This document shows, one piece after another, positions 30,265 to 39,996 of a DNA stretch of 64,000 nucleotides. Positions within the stretch are counted from its first letter, which is position 1. Each line of letters begins with the position of its first letter. The notes under the pieces were generated by a model that was not told where the DNA came from, ran no database searches, and was given only the letters and a program-made list of their open reading frames with translations. Where the stretch lies: assembly GCA_963805625.1 (NCBI GenBank), contig CAWDVE010000022.1, positions 15,194-79,193 of the forward strand. The letters are read 5' to 3'. The stretch comes from an uncultured Candidatus Rokubacteria bacterium. GTDB taxonomy: Bacteria; Methylomirabilota; Methylomirabilia; Rokubacteriales; DASRDR01. A program made the position numbers and the translations under genes.

Positions 30265-30505
30265 GTCTCGAACGCCTTACTCTTAAGAAGACTGTGGGGC
30301 CCGGGGTGACTCCCGGCGCCTACGGCGTCTCCTGGCGGTCAGCGGTCCGAGGCCGCGCTCCCCCTCGGGCCGCGCGACCCCTCCGGAGCGCAGGAGTTCG
30401 GGTCGCGACGAGGTGAACGCACCATCGGGCACCTTCCCCGCGGACGCCCAAGTAGGCTAGGCCGCCTGGCCGCCCCCGATCGACCCGTGGGCGGGAAGGA
30501 CGCCG

Positions 30506-30710
30506 ATGCCGAATACCATTGTCCTCGAGCCGTATCAGGCCCTGTGGCCCGCCGACGATCCCAACGCGGAATTCCGACGCCACGTGGCCGAGTACTCTCG
30601 CCTCGACCCGTTGCCGACGCTTGAGGAACCTGAGTCATAGCACCGGGATTCCCGTTGGATCGCTGGCGCGCTTTGTTCTGGTCCGCTACTGCACCTCGGG
30701 CAGCATCCCC
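30506..30710 (+). pseudogene. Frameshifted, truncated DUF6027-like gene
   Basis: MPNTIVLEPYQALWPADDPNAEFRRHVAEYSRLDPLPTL / NLSHSTGIPVGSLARFVLVRY in two frames; family recalled, not searched. Confidence 0.45.
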
Positions 30711-30833
30711 GTCGTGATCGCCCCGCTCCGGACGGTCCCGGCGGGCCATCGCGCGGACCCGCCCCGGCCGGGGATCTTCAGGCGAAATGGACGCCCGTTT
30801 CGCCTCGTCCACCATCGGGCCGCCTGTTCGCGG

Positions 30834-31289
30834 TCACCGGGGACGATGCGCACAGATGTTCTTGAGCGTGTCCATGACCTCCGTGCCCGACAGCGAATGC
30901 TTTTCGCTCTTCGCGTCCGCGCGGAGGATGAGGTCGTTGATCGAGACGATCCCCTGGAGCTTCCCGTCTGAGTCGAGCACCGGCACCCGCCGCACCTTTC
31001 CCTCGCGCATGATTCGCAGGCCCTCCCTGGCGTCGTCGTCGGGACGGACCGCGTGCAGCTTTCCGGTAACCACCTCGCCCACGCGGATCTCGGCGGCGGG
31101 ACGGTTGTTGGTCGCCGCGGCCATGCAGATGTCGCGGTCTGTGATCATGCCCTGTACCCTTCCGGAGACCGGATCCACCACGGGGATCGTGCCGCAGTCA
31201 CATCGCCACATGAGCGTTCCCACCGCGGCCAGGTCGGTGGACGGGCTGCAAGACTGGACTTCAGGCGTCATTATCTCGTGGATCTTCAT
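30834..31289 (-). CDS. CBS domain protein
   Basis: IMT, G.IPVVD, GMITDRDI, VRRVPVLD, GIVSINDL. Confidence 0.9.
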   Translation of the reverse strand: MKIHEIMTPEVQSCSPSTDLAAVGTLMWRCDCGTIPVVDPVSGRVQGMITDRDICMAAATNNRPAAEIRVGEVVTGKLHAVRPDDDAREGLRIMREGKVRRVPVLDSDGKLQGIVSINDLILRADAKSEKHSLSGTEVMDTLKNICAHRPR

Positions 31290-31438
31290 GCTGGTCCTCC
31301 TCGAGATTGAGGGGTCGCTGCATCCGAACTCGGGTTGGCGTGCATCCGTGCCACCTCGTCTTGACCTAGCGTCGGCGGCCTACGACGATCGTGTTCTAAC
31401 CACTTCGAGTCCGTCTGCTACCATCTGTGCCTCGTCGT

Positions 31439-31621
31439 TTACCAGGACAGTGGCTCTCTCGCGGCTAGGCTCCGGCCGGACAACGCTCGCAGTACGGCGC
31501 TCTGGGGGAAGTCCCCAATGCCGAGAGCCCGAAGGCGCTCAGGGAGACGAACGCGACGGACGTCGTCGAGAGAGACGAACACCACGAGCGCAACTCCGAG
31601 GATGTGGAGCGCGATGTCCAT
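31439..31621 (-). CDS. Small hypothetical membrane protein
   Basis: MDIALHILGVALVVFVSL.. with purine-rich upstream sequence. Confidence 0.35.
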   Translation of the reverse strand: MDIALHILGVALVVFVSLDDVRRVRLPERLRALGIGDFPQSAVLRALSGRSLAAREPLSW

Positions 31622-31816
31622 CAATACTTCTCTTCTCCTGGTCTGGCGTCTCACTCTAGGCGCGCGTGCCCAGCTCGCCTATGAGACCTAGGTCCAATAC
31701 GCGCTCTCGTGTGAGGCGCGTACCGTGGGTACCAGAAGAATCAATGGAGGGGTGCTGGGGAGTTCCCACAACTGACGCTGTGGTTGGGGCGCCGGATCCC
31801 TTGACGGGAAGTTGTC

Positions 31817-31969
31817 ATGTTTCTGGCTCTGTTCGTCGTGTTGGCGGTGGTCTGGCTACTCGGCTGGGGCGTGTTTCACGTCGCGGGTGGCCTGATTCAC
31901 CTGCTCCTGATTGCGGCGGTCATCTCGGTGATCGTCCACTTCGTGCGCGGCCGCGGCGCCGAGGCGTAA
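31817..31969 (+). CDS. lmo0937/DUF5670-family small membrane protein (50 aa, not in ORF track)
   Basis: MFLALFVVLAVVWLLGWGVFHVAGGLIHLLLIAAVISVIVHFVRGRGAEA*. Confidence 0.8.
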   Translation: MFLALFVVLAVVWLLGWGVFHVAGGLIHLLLIAAVISVIVHFVRGRGAEA

Positions 31970-32096
31970 GGATACTGCAACCGTCGTCACGGAATCGCCC
32001 ACACCGTCGGGACGCGATGAGCCGCCGCCGGCCTGGTTGACGAATCCCAGAGCCCTGTACGATGCCTCACGAAGGCAATAGAGGAGGAGGGCGGAC

Positions 32097-32225
32097 ATGC
32101 GAACCAGTGAAGCGTTCGTTCTCGGAACGATGACGGGCGCAGCCGTCGTATGGTTCTGGGGAAGAGGGATTGCGGACTACGTGGGGGAACAGACGCGCGG
32201 CGTGCGGGCAGAGTTTCGGGCATAG
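32097..32225 (+). pseudogene. Small membrane-anchored (YtxH-like) gene truncated by the island arm
   Basis: Strong GAGGAGG RBS, MRTSEAFVLGTMTGAAVVWFWG..; stop codon supplied by the arm repeat. Confidence 0.5.
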
Positions 32226-32265
32226 CGCGATCGGCCGTCCCCGACGCATTGGCGGAATATTGGCA

Positions 32266-32503
32266 CTACCGATTCAGCAGTCGGCGGAACTCCTCGGGAT
32301 CCACCTGTGCGTCCCGCATCAAGTGTCGCAGTAGGCCCGGCTTGAGCGTGCGGTGGTCGGGAATCGTAAGCGGCTTTCTCGAGGGATCAGTCGCGTGGCG
32401 TAGCCGGATATGGCTGCCGCGCTCCCGCACAGACGCCGTAGCCGAGCTGCTCGAACACGCGGATGGCCTCCCGTCGGGAGACGACGGGAAGCCCAGACGT
32501 CAT
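32266..32503 (-). pseudogene. hicA: HicA toxin, frameshifted
   Basis: MTSGLPVVSRREAIRVFEQLGY / RERGSHIRL..LTIPDHRTLKPGLLRHLMRDAQ in different frames; 238 nt. Confidence 0.8.
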
Positions 32504-32726
32504 CGGGTGACGACGACGCTTCCGACCAAGACTCGCGAGGGATCGGGATGACCTCCTCGTGGGCCTGCATGTCCTCCAGGCAGAGCTCGATGGCTTCACG
32601 AATGTTGTCCAGGGCCCCGTCGACCGTGTCGCCCTGGCTGTAGCAGCCTGGAAGAGAGGGACACGTCGCGACGTACCCACCGGTCTCGTCCGGTTCCAGA
32701 AGCACCTTGAAGTCGTAGGCCTTCAT
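32500..32726 (-). pseudogene. hicB: HicB antitoxin, frameshift near C-terminus
   Basis: VLLEPDETGGYVATCPSLPGCYSQGDT..ALDNIREAI; probable native end PSRVLVGSVVVTR* in another frame. Confidence 0.8.
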
Positions 32727-32985
32727 CCCCCGTGTCCCCCGTAAAGGCCATTACAAGAGGCCAGCAGGGTAAGGTCGGCTATCGACGTGCGCCGGGGGCC
32801 GTGCGCGACGCGGCGAACGCTGCGACCGCGTCAGCGCACTTCCGGCCGCCGTCACGACTTCTTCGTTTCCAGTGACTCCATCGGGGCGGACGCTGTCTAG
32901 GAAGTGCGCGTGTAGTAGGCGAGACGCAGCCGGTCCGGTGGTCTTTCCGATGCCTTGGGGGTCGGCCGAATGGAGGGCGATGCGG

Positions 32986-33915
32986 TCAGCCGCTCGTCGC
33001 TCGACGCCGTGAGCGCGGGGCCGCGGAGGACCGGACCGGCCGGTCGCCCCTGGCGCCGGGCGTGGCCCGGCGCGGGCGCGCCACACGGGAGCCTTCGGGA
33101 TCGCGGAGGGCGGCTCGACTCCGCGGGATCCGGGAGGCCGCCGGCGCGGCCGTCCGCCGTTTCCGTGATGCGCTTCGCGGTGGCGCGCCACTCACCGTCG
33201 ACGACTCATCCAGCTCGATCCCGAAGACCTCCGCGAGCGCGCTCTCGCCGATCCGCTTGCGCATCCCACCGCCCTGCGCCGCCAGGGCCACGCCGCTGCT
33301 GGCGGCCGTGAGCAGGTCCAGCTGATCGACGCGCCGGAGCCGGAAGAACAGCTCGGGCTCGGTGTCTAGACGCGTGCCGACCCCGTACAGGGTGGCCGCG
33401 ACATGCTTGCACATCGCTGCCCAGTCGGGGCAGGAGCACTCGAAGGTGATCTCCTTGGCTGACGGGAACAGGCCGGTCTCTCGCCGGATCAGCATCTCCA
33501 TGACCGCACGCGAGAACTTCCCCTGCAGGAGCTCGACCAGCGAGCCGATCTTCCCGGCGCACTCTTTGACGACGGCCCGCCAGCGAGGCTTGGACAGGGG
33601 CGCGATCACGACCGAGATCCGATAGAGATCGCTGCCGCTGACCAGGGCCCTGACCGTGCCCGGGCCGAGCTCGAGGTCCATGACCGAGCCATTGCGGACG
33701 TAGGTCCGGCCCCGAGGGAGCCGGTTGGCGAAGTCGCTGTACCGCTCGAGGTTGTCGCACCAAGCCTTGCCCCAGAAGCTCCGGGCGATCGTGCGTCCCT
33801 GGATCCGCACGGGGGCGAGGGACTCCCCCTTCTTCTTGAATCGGGCGATCTCTCGCGCCGCGTTCTGGCGCCGCACCGCGACCGGCACGTAGGGCCGCCA
33901 CTCGTACCAAGCCAT
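32986..33915 (-). CDS. SWIM zinc-finger protein
   Basis: WGKAWC.NLE, NRLPRGRTYVRNGSV, CSCPDWAAMCKHVAA. Confidence 0.9.
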   Translation of the reverse strand: MAWYEWRPYVPVAVRRQNAAREIARFKKKGESLAPVRIQGRTIARSFWGKAWCDNLERYSDFANRLPRGRTYVRNGSVMDLELGPGTVRALVSGSDLYRISVVIAPLSKPRWRAVVKECAGKIGSLVELLQGKFSRAVMEMLIRRETGLFPSAKEITFECSCPDWAAMCKHVAATLYGVGTRLDTEPELFFRLRRVDQLDLLTAASSGVALAAQGGGMRKRIGESALAEVFGIELDESSTVSGAPPRSASRKRRTAAPAASRIPRSRAALRDPEGSRVARPRRATPGARGDRPVRSSAAPRSRRRATSG

Positions 33916-33926
33916 GGCCCGTTCCT

Positions 33927-36680
33927 TCACTCCTCGGCGAGAGCGCTGCGGAGATCGAGGGAGACGATCCGCATGACGTCGGTGTCGCTCATCTCGGTGA
34001 CGAGGCCCTCCCCGGCCGCCTCCAGGAGGTCGGCCGCCAGCCCCTTCTTCTGCTCGATCAGGGCGTCGATCCGCTCCTCCACGGTGCCACGGCAGACGAA
34101 CTTGTGGACGACGACATTGCGCCGCTGCCCGATCCGGAAGGCGCGGTCGGTCGCCTGGTTCTCGACGGCGGGGTTCCACCAGCGGTCGAAGTGGATCACC
34201 TGCGAGGCGGCCGTCAAGTTGAGCCCGGTCCCGCCCGCGCGGAGGGACAGCACGAAGAACGGGATCGTCTCGTCGGTCTGGAAACGCTCCACGAGGCCCA
34301 TGCGGTCCTTCACGGGGGTCTGACCGTGGAGCACCAGGCCGGCCCGGCCGAAGACCTGGCCGAGGTGCTGCGACAGCGGGAGGGTCATCTCACGGAACTG
34401 GGTGAACACGAGGACCTTCTCCTGCCGGAGAGCCAGCTCCTCCCCCAGCTCGGCCAGCCGGCCGAACTTCCCGCTCTGGTCGGGCGCGTAGTCGCCGTCG
34501 CCGAGCCACTGCGATGGATGATTGCAGATCTGCTTGAGTCTCAGGAGGGTGGCGAGGATCGTCCCGCGCCGCTCAATCCCCTCGATCGCGCCGAGGCGGC
34601 GCTCGAGCTCCTTCACCGCCTGCTGGTAGAGGACGGCCTGCTTCCGGGTGAGGGGGCAGAACGCGCGCACCTCGGTCTTGTCCGGCAGGTCGGCGATGAC
34701 CCGGCGGTCGGTCTTGAGCCGTCGCAGGATATACGGTCGTACCAGTGCCCGAAGGGGCCCGTAGTGGCGATCGCCGCCGGCCGCCAGTTCCCGGCTGACG
34801 CGCGTGAAGGCCCGGGCGCTGCCGAGAAGCCCGGGGTTCAGGAAATCGAAGAGCGACCAGAGATCGCCGAGCCGGTTCTCGATCGGCGTGCCCGTCAGGG
34901 CCACCCGGGCTCGGCTCCGGAGGCGCTTGACCGTGCGCGCCTGCTTGGTCGCCGGATTCTTGATGGCCTGGGCCTCGTCGAGCACCAGGACATTCCACTC
35001 GACCTCGCCGAGCCAGGGCAGGCGTGGCACCTGACCGTAGGTGGTGATCACGAGATCCGCGCCGGTCAGTTCCTCCGGGGCGAGAGTGGCCAGCTTTCGC
35101 CCTGGCCGCTCCGATGGGTGGGCCACAACCACATCGAGATCGGGGGCAAAGCGGCCGATCTCCTGCTGCCAGTTGGCGATCAAGGATGCCGGCACCACGA
35201 GGAGGCTCGGTCGGGGACCCGCGTCGCCTCGGGACCTCACGCGGCGAGACCCGTCCCCGGCCTTCAGCAGGAGGAGCAGGCCCAGGACCTGGATCGTCTT
35301 GCCCAGTCCCATGTCGTCCGCCAGGCAGGCGCCCAGGCCGAGGCGGGAGAGGAACCAGAGCCAACGGACGCCGATCTCCTGGTAGGGACGCAGCGCCGTC
35401 CGGAGGGCCTGGGGCTTCGTCGCGGCCAGCGCCTCGGGCGTCCTGAGCTGCGCCAGCGTGGTCGCGAGCCACTCCCCCGCGACCACCCGGGACCAGTCGT
35501 CCCCGTGCTCCGGCACCGCGGCCGGCTCTCCGTCTTCGATCGCGGTCCCGGCCATGAGGCGCATCGCCTCTCGAAACGAGAGTCCCTCGCGTGCCGCGCG
35601 CCGCGCCGTCTCCCAGTGGCCAAGGATCTCGCGGAGCTTCTCCCGGTCGAGCTCCACCCACTTTCCGCGCACGAGGGCGAGCCCGTCCGTTCCGGCGAGA
35701 ATCGCCTGCCACTCCGAGTCGGAGATGGGCTCGCCGTCGAGCGTCAGCGCGACCGAGAAGTCCAGGAGCGCGTCCAGTCCCAGGGTGGACGGTGGCCGGC
35801 CGCCGACGGTGACGCTGACCTCGAGCCGGCGGGGACGATCCCGCCGCCACCAGTCGGGCACCCGGACGATGACCCCGGCCGCCTCGAAGGCGGGAACGTC
35901 CTGGAGGAACCGGTGGGCCTCGCGGGGCCCCCAGGCGAGGGGCTGGAAGACGTCCCCGGTGTCCACCAGATCCTTGAGCAGGGGGCTCGCCGCGGCGGCG
36001 CGGTCGACGGGGGCCAGCAAGGACAGGAGCGCGGTCCGGTTACCGGATAGCGTTCGGAGCGCCTGGCCGAGGGGCTGATGCTGCGGCCGAGCCTGGCCCG
36101 AAAGGCGGGTCGTGTAGGTGGCGAGAAAGGCGAAGGGATGATCGCTGTCCTGCTTGTTCTCCGCCAGGTGAAAGTAGACGCGTCCGACGAGGTTCCAGAC
36201 GGGGTTCTTGGCCTGGAGATAGGACTGGACGCTCCCCTGGTGGCGGCTGATCTCCTCGCGGAAGAATGCCTCAAGCTCGGCCCACCACGTCTCGAGCCGG
36301 GCCGCATCGACGTACTCGGCGCCGGCGAGCGGCGGTACCTCGCCCGCGAGCTGGTCGAGCACGCCTGGCGGGATCGGCACGTCGATCTGGGCGCCCTGCT
36401 CCTCGAGGTCGCTGATGGCGCAGAGGCGGGCGATGAAGAGCCGAGCGAAGTCCCGGAAGAAGCCAAGCGCCGGCGGAAGCGGGGTGGCGACCTCGACGGC
36501 GCCGAGGTGAAAGAGCCCGGCGCCGGTTCCACCGTCGAAGGCGGCCGCGATCGCCTCCGCTGGCTTCGGGTCGAGCGATGGCGAATCGGGGCTCGCGAGG
36601 AGGCGGAGCCGACCCGAGGGTGAGACCGCGAGCGTGACCTGTCGCTCGAACGAGGGCTTGCGCGCCGTGTCAGCGGGCAC
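33927..36680 (-). CDS. SNF2-family helicase/ATPase
   Basis: LRPYQ, LADDMGLGKT, LDEAQAIKN, LTGTPIEN, GGTGLNLT, QATDRAFRIGQ. Confidence 0.95.
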   Translation of the reverse strand: MPADTARKPSFERQVTLAVSPSGRLRLLASPDSPSLDPKPAEAIAAAFDGGTGAGLFHLGAVEVATPLPPALGFFRDFARLFIARLCAISDLEEQGAQIDVPIPPGVLDQLAGEVPPLAGAEYVDAARLETWWAELEAFFREEISRHQGSVQSYLQAKNPVWNLVGRVYFHLAENKQDSDHPFAFLATYTTRLSGQARPQHQPLGQALRTLSGNRTALLSLLAPVDRAAAASPLLKDLVDTGDVFQPLAWGPREAHRFLQDVPAFEAAGVIVRVPDWWRRDRPRRLEVSVTVGGRPPSTLGLDALLDFSVALTLDGEPISDSEWQAILAGTDGLALVRGKWVELDREKLREILGHWETARRAAREGLSFREAMRLMAGTAIEDGEPAAVPEHGDDWSRVVAGEWLATTLAQLRTPEALAATKPQALRTALRPYQEIGVRWLWFLSRLGLGACLADDMGLGKTIQVLGLLLLLKAGDGSRRVRSRGDAGPRPSLLVVPASLIANWQQEIGRFAPDLDVVVAHPSERPGRKLATLAPEELTGADLVITTYGQVPRLPWLGEVEWNVLVLDEAQAIKNPATKQARTVKRLRSRARVALTGTPIENRLGDLWSLFDFLNPGLLGSARAFTRVSRELAAGGDRHYGPLRALVRPYILRRLKTDRRVIADLPDKTEVRAFCPLTRKQAVLYQQAVKELERRLGAIEGIERRGTILATLLRLKQICNHPSQWLGDGDYAPDQSGKFGRLAELGEELALRQEKVLVFTQFREMTLPLSQHLGQVFGRAGLVLHGQTPVKDRMGLVERFQTDETIPFFVLSLRAGGTGLNLTAASQVIHFDRWWNPAVENQATDRAFRIGQRRNVVVHKFVCRGTVEERIDALIEQKKGLAADLLEAAGEGLVTEMSDTDVMRIVSLDLRSALAEE

Positions 36681-36797
36681 GACGCCGCCGGGGCCGAATC
36701 CGCGGCTCGATGATGATCAGCCCGTCGATATCACGGAGGGCGAGACACTGCGAATCCACGTGACGAAGAGATAGCGCGATCGGCCGGGCGCGTCAAC

Positions 36798-37197
36798 CTA
36801 GTCCCCCTCCGTCCGGCCTATCCGGCCCAGAGCCAGCCCAGGCACCCGTTCGAAATGGCGTCGGTTCCGTGTCAGGAGGACGGCGTGATTGTCCACCACG
36901 ATCCCGGCGATGAGGCTGTCGGCCATGCCAATGCCGACGCCGTCTCGTTCCAGGGCTCGACGGATCTCGGCCGCGGCGTCGGCACCCGGCTCGTCGAGTG
37001 GAAGACACGGCAAGGCGGCGAGCAGTTCGCCGACGAGCTTCAGCTGGCGCGCGGTCTTCGCGCTGGCGAGGAGCTCGAAGCGCGTGATCACCGTCGTCCG
37101 GAGCTGAACTGCGGTCGAGCTCCAGGGCGATCCGATTCGCCGCCGGGGCGCGACCCTCCAGGAAATCGATGAGCACATCGCTGTCGGCGACGATCAT
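36798..37197 (-). pseudogene. vapC: VapC PIN-domain toxin, frameshifted
   Basis: MIVADSDVLIDFL / TTVITRFELL..ADSLIAG..LLTRNRRHFERVPGL in two frames. Confidence 0.82.
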
Positions 37198-37433
37198 CGC
37201 CAGGATCTCCGGAGCGCCTCGGCCGTGTCCCGCAGGGACTTGGCCTCCGGGGACGGCATGGCCCCCTTCAGCAGCACCGCGCGCTTGCGTTGCGCCTCGC
37301 GGTCGGCCTCGGCGCGGAGGTAGGCCTCCAGGGCCTCGCTCACGAGCTGCGAAAACCCCTTGGCCCCCCGGTGGGCCGCGAGTTCGAGCAGCTTGGCGCG
37401 ATGTTCCGGCTTCATCTCGATCGTCGTGCGCAT
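37194..37433 (-). CDS. VapB-type antitoxin
   Basis: MRTTIEMKPEHRAKL..; 4-nt overlap with PIN gene; GGAGG RBS. Confidence 0.75.
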   Translation of the reverse strand: MRTTIEMKPEHRAKLLELAAHRGAKGFSQLVSEALEAYLRAEADREAQRKRAVLLKGAMPSPEAKSLRDTAEALRRSWR

Positions 37434-37456
37434 CGACAGGTCCTCCCTAGCCCATG

Positions 37457-37476
37457 ATGCATGCACGTGCATGCAT
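37457..37476. promoter_or_regulatory. Perfect 20-bp palindrome, probable TA operator
   Basis: ATGCATGCACGTGCATGCAT upstream of antitoxin start. Confidence 0.6.
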
Positions 37477-37556
37477 GATCAATCCAGATGAGCCACTGCC
37501 CCAAGAAGCCAGTGGCCACCCGGGCATAGTTTGGGCATAGTTTGGATGTCATCGCC

Positions 37557-37585
37557 TTGACCGGTGCCGCCTAAGTGGTTATCGT
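37557..37585 (+). promoter_or_regulatory. sigma70-like promoter in front of the tRNA fragment
   Basis: TTGACC-N17-TATCGT, 6 nt before the tRNA-like 5' end. Confidence 0.5.
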
Positions 37586-37591
37586 TACGTG

Positions 37592-37633
37592 GGGGTCGTG
37601 GTGCAGCCTGGTTACCACACTGGCCTGTCAAGC
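37592..37633 (+). pseudogene. tRNA-Asp(GTC) 5'-half fragment (att-like site)
   Basis: GGGGTCG TG GTGC AGCCTGGTTA CCAC A CTGGC CTGTCAA GC; no T-arm or 3' acceptor strand follows. Confidence 0.65.
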
Positions 37634-37650
37634 AGGCGGGCAGATCGCAG

Positions 37651-37690
37651 CCCCTCGGTAAGTCGCGGACTTGCCGAGGGGTTTTTCTTT
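37651..37690 (+). terminator. Rho-independent terminator
   Basis: CCCCTCGGTAAGTC-gcg-GACTTGCCGAGGGG followed by TTTTTCTTT. Confidence 0.75.
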
Positions 37691-37726
37691 GGCTGCTTGG
37701 CTGGCGGTGGCTGGTTTTGGGCCCTT

Positions 37727-37783
37727 GAGGGGCGGTCGCGGGCATAGTTTCTGGCATAGCGGAGCATGCCGTCCCGGCGCATT
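37727..37783 (+). repeat. R-arm repeat copy
   Basis: GAGGGGCGGTCGCGGGCATAGTTT identical to 13753-13776; continues similar to 32204-32250. Confidence 0.85.
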
Positions 37784-37852
37784 CGCGAGGCATGTTGTCT
37801 GCACCGAGCCGGTCTAGACTCCCGAAACCGACTGACAGAAAGGCATGGCGCC

Positions 37853-38416
37853 ATGCGGAAACTGATCTACGGCATGAACCTGACCCTGGACGGCTACGTC
37901 GCCGCGCCCGGCGACGACCTCGGCTGGAGCGGGCCGAGCGACGAGCTGTTTCAGTGGTGGCTCGACCAGGAGCTAGCGATCGGCCTGTTGTTGTACGGGC
38001 GCAAGCTGTGGGAAACCATGAGTTCCTACTGACCGACCGGCGACCAGCAGCCGGGTGCCACCCCGGCGCAGATCGAGTTTGCGCGGAACTGGCGGGATAC
38101 GCCGAAGGTGGTGTTCTCCTCGACGGTCGACAAGGTCGACTGGAACACTCGCCTGGTCACCGGCGACGCGGTCGCGGAGATCACCCGGCTCAAGGCCGAG
38201 GACGGCGAGCCGATGAGGGTTGGTGGCGCAGCGCTCGCTGGGGCGGCCATGCGGGCCGGGCTGATCGACGAGTACGAGATCGTGACCCATCCGGTGCTGG
38301 TGGGCGGCGGCACACCGTTCTTCACCGCGCTGGATAGCTGGGTGAACCTGAACCTGGTGGAGACGCGGACGTTTCCCGGCGGCGTGGTCCTGACCAGGTA
38401 CGAGACGAGGCGTTGA
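37853..38416 (+). pseudogene. Dihydrofolate-reductase-family protein with internal TGA
   Basis: MNLTLDGYVA..YGRKLWE..SY*P..PKVVFS..GLIDEY..HPVLVGGG; TGA 38030-38032 at a probable Trp. Confidence 0.85.
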
Positions 38417-38419
38417 GCG

Positions 38420-38894
38420 TGATTCCTTTGCTGCTTGCCTGAGGGAGTGGCAGCATGCCCCGGAGCAAGGTCGGGCGCGTAAGAACCCGTAGCGTGAGCT
38501 GGGGAGCAAGGTCGCGGGGGGGCCGGGTTGAGGGGCTCGCAACCAGGGGAAACGCGGCGAGAGGAGGGCGGAATGACGTTCGCCGGGCGCAGGTCGCCAT
38601 CGGCTCGCGGTCCAGGCGGTCCTGTCAGGCGAACACCTGGTCGCATGCGGCACTCGATTCGACCGAGGGCGGTGCGCGAGCTGTGGCTGGCAGCGCGTTG
38701 AGGATCCGCTGCGCGACCTCGTGGTCCGCGACGACGGCACGCACATCGAGCCTGCCACCGCAGCGGGCGCAGGCGGTGACGTCGACATCGAAGGTGCGAG
38801 CGAGCAGCGTGGCCCACGGAACGTTCGAGGTGGCGGCGTAGAGGAGGCCGCCGGCTATCCGGCCGAGGTGCTTGGCCGAGAGGACGTTCGGCAT
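38420..38894 (-). mobile_element. IS91-like transposase C-terminal remnant and tail
   Basis: WATLLARTFDVDVTACARCGGRL..VAQRILNAL..ARAPP. Confidence 0.65.
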
Positions 38895-39189
38895 CGGAAC
38901 ATCTGCGCCCTCGATGCTGCATGCGAGCGTCGTGGCCGATACGGACAGCGCCGCCGGGATGACGGGGCCGGTCTTGTCGCGGGGAGCTGAACGCTCCCCC
39001 GTGCCACCGCGCGCGCCAGATCAGGGCAGAACGCGCCGAACTCGGCCTGCAGGCGGCGACGGCGGAGAAGATTCGCGAAGAAACAACACGGCGTCCCCGC
39101 CGGAATTACACTGAAGGCCAGGTTGCAACCCCTCGTCGGCTCTTCATGTCCTGCGCGAGCCGTCGGCTCCGCTTACACTCAGCCGCCTG

Positions 39190-39969
39190 CTAGAAGATGA
39201 GGTAACCGCCGTCGATGATGAATGTATCGCCGGTGTGGTAGCGGCTGGCGTCGCTGGCGAGATAGACCGCGATCCCGCCGAAGTCGTCGCCCACGCCCCA
39301 GCGGCGCATCGGCACGCGGGGCAGCACCTTGCCCATGAAGGCCTCTCCGTGGAGCGCCACTTCCGTCATCGGCGTGTCGATCCAGCCCGGCACGATCGTG
39401 TTGACGCGGATCTGGTGCCGCGCCAGCTCCACCGCCATGGACCGTGTCATCGCCATTAGCGCGCCCTTGGTGGCCGAGTAGTGCTCGCTGCGCGCCGCGC
39501 CCATGACGGCCGCGAGACTTGCCGTCGAGACGAGCGAGCCTCCGCCGCCGCGCTCGATCATGTGCCGCGCCGCCGCGCGCAGGCTGAAGAAGGCGCCGTC
39601 GAGGTTCACGCTCATGACGCGGCGCCACTCGGCGGTGGTCATCTGGGCGAAGCCGCCCGTTGACCCGCCGCGCCCGCTGACGCCCGCATTGGCGAAGAAG
39701 GCGTCCACGCGCCCCAATGCCTTGACGGTCTCGGCGAAGCACCGATCCACCGCGGCCTCGTCGCTGACGTCGCAGCGAAGCGCCAGGGCCTTGCCACCCT
39801 GCCCCTTGAGGCGCGCGAGCGCCGCGGCGTTCTTGTCCTCGTTGGTGCCCCAGACGCAGACGGCGGCGCCGGCCTGCGCCATCGCCTCGGCCATACCGAG
39901 CCCGATGCCGCTATTGCCGCCCGTGACGAGCGCCACCTTGCCGCTGAGATCGAATCCCTTGTACGCCAT
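39190..39969 (-). CDS. SDR family oxidoreductase
   Basis: TGGNSGIG, NAG, YSATK, PGWIDT, IDGG. Confidence 0.95.
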   Translation of the reverse strand: MAYKGFDLSGKVALVTGGNSGIGLGMAEAMAQAGAAVCVWGTNEDKNAAALARLKGQGGKALALRCDVSDEAAVDRCFAETVKALGRVDAFFANAGVSGRGGSTGGFAQMTTAEWRRVMSVNLDGAFFSLRAAARHMIERGGGGSLVSTASLAAVMGAARSEHYSATKGALMAMTRSMAVELARHQIRVNTIVPGWIDTPMTEVALHGEAFMGKVLPRVPMRRWGVGDDFGGIAVYLASDASRYHTGDTFIIDGGYLIF

Positions 39970-39996
39970 TGGTGTCCTTTCGCTGTGAAGGGGCGC

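Larger units (their letters stand above)
32204..37562. mobile_element. Integrase-less TA/helicase island bounded by GGCATAGTTT arm-like repeats
   Basis: R arm 32204-32250, partial arm 36771-36786, L arm 37508-37562; both ends shared with 13753-13998. Confidence 0.65.

Noticed and set aside
37592-37670. Functional tRNA-Asp
   Set aside because: No TTC-containing T-arm or complementary acceptor strand.
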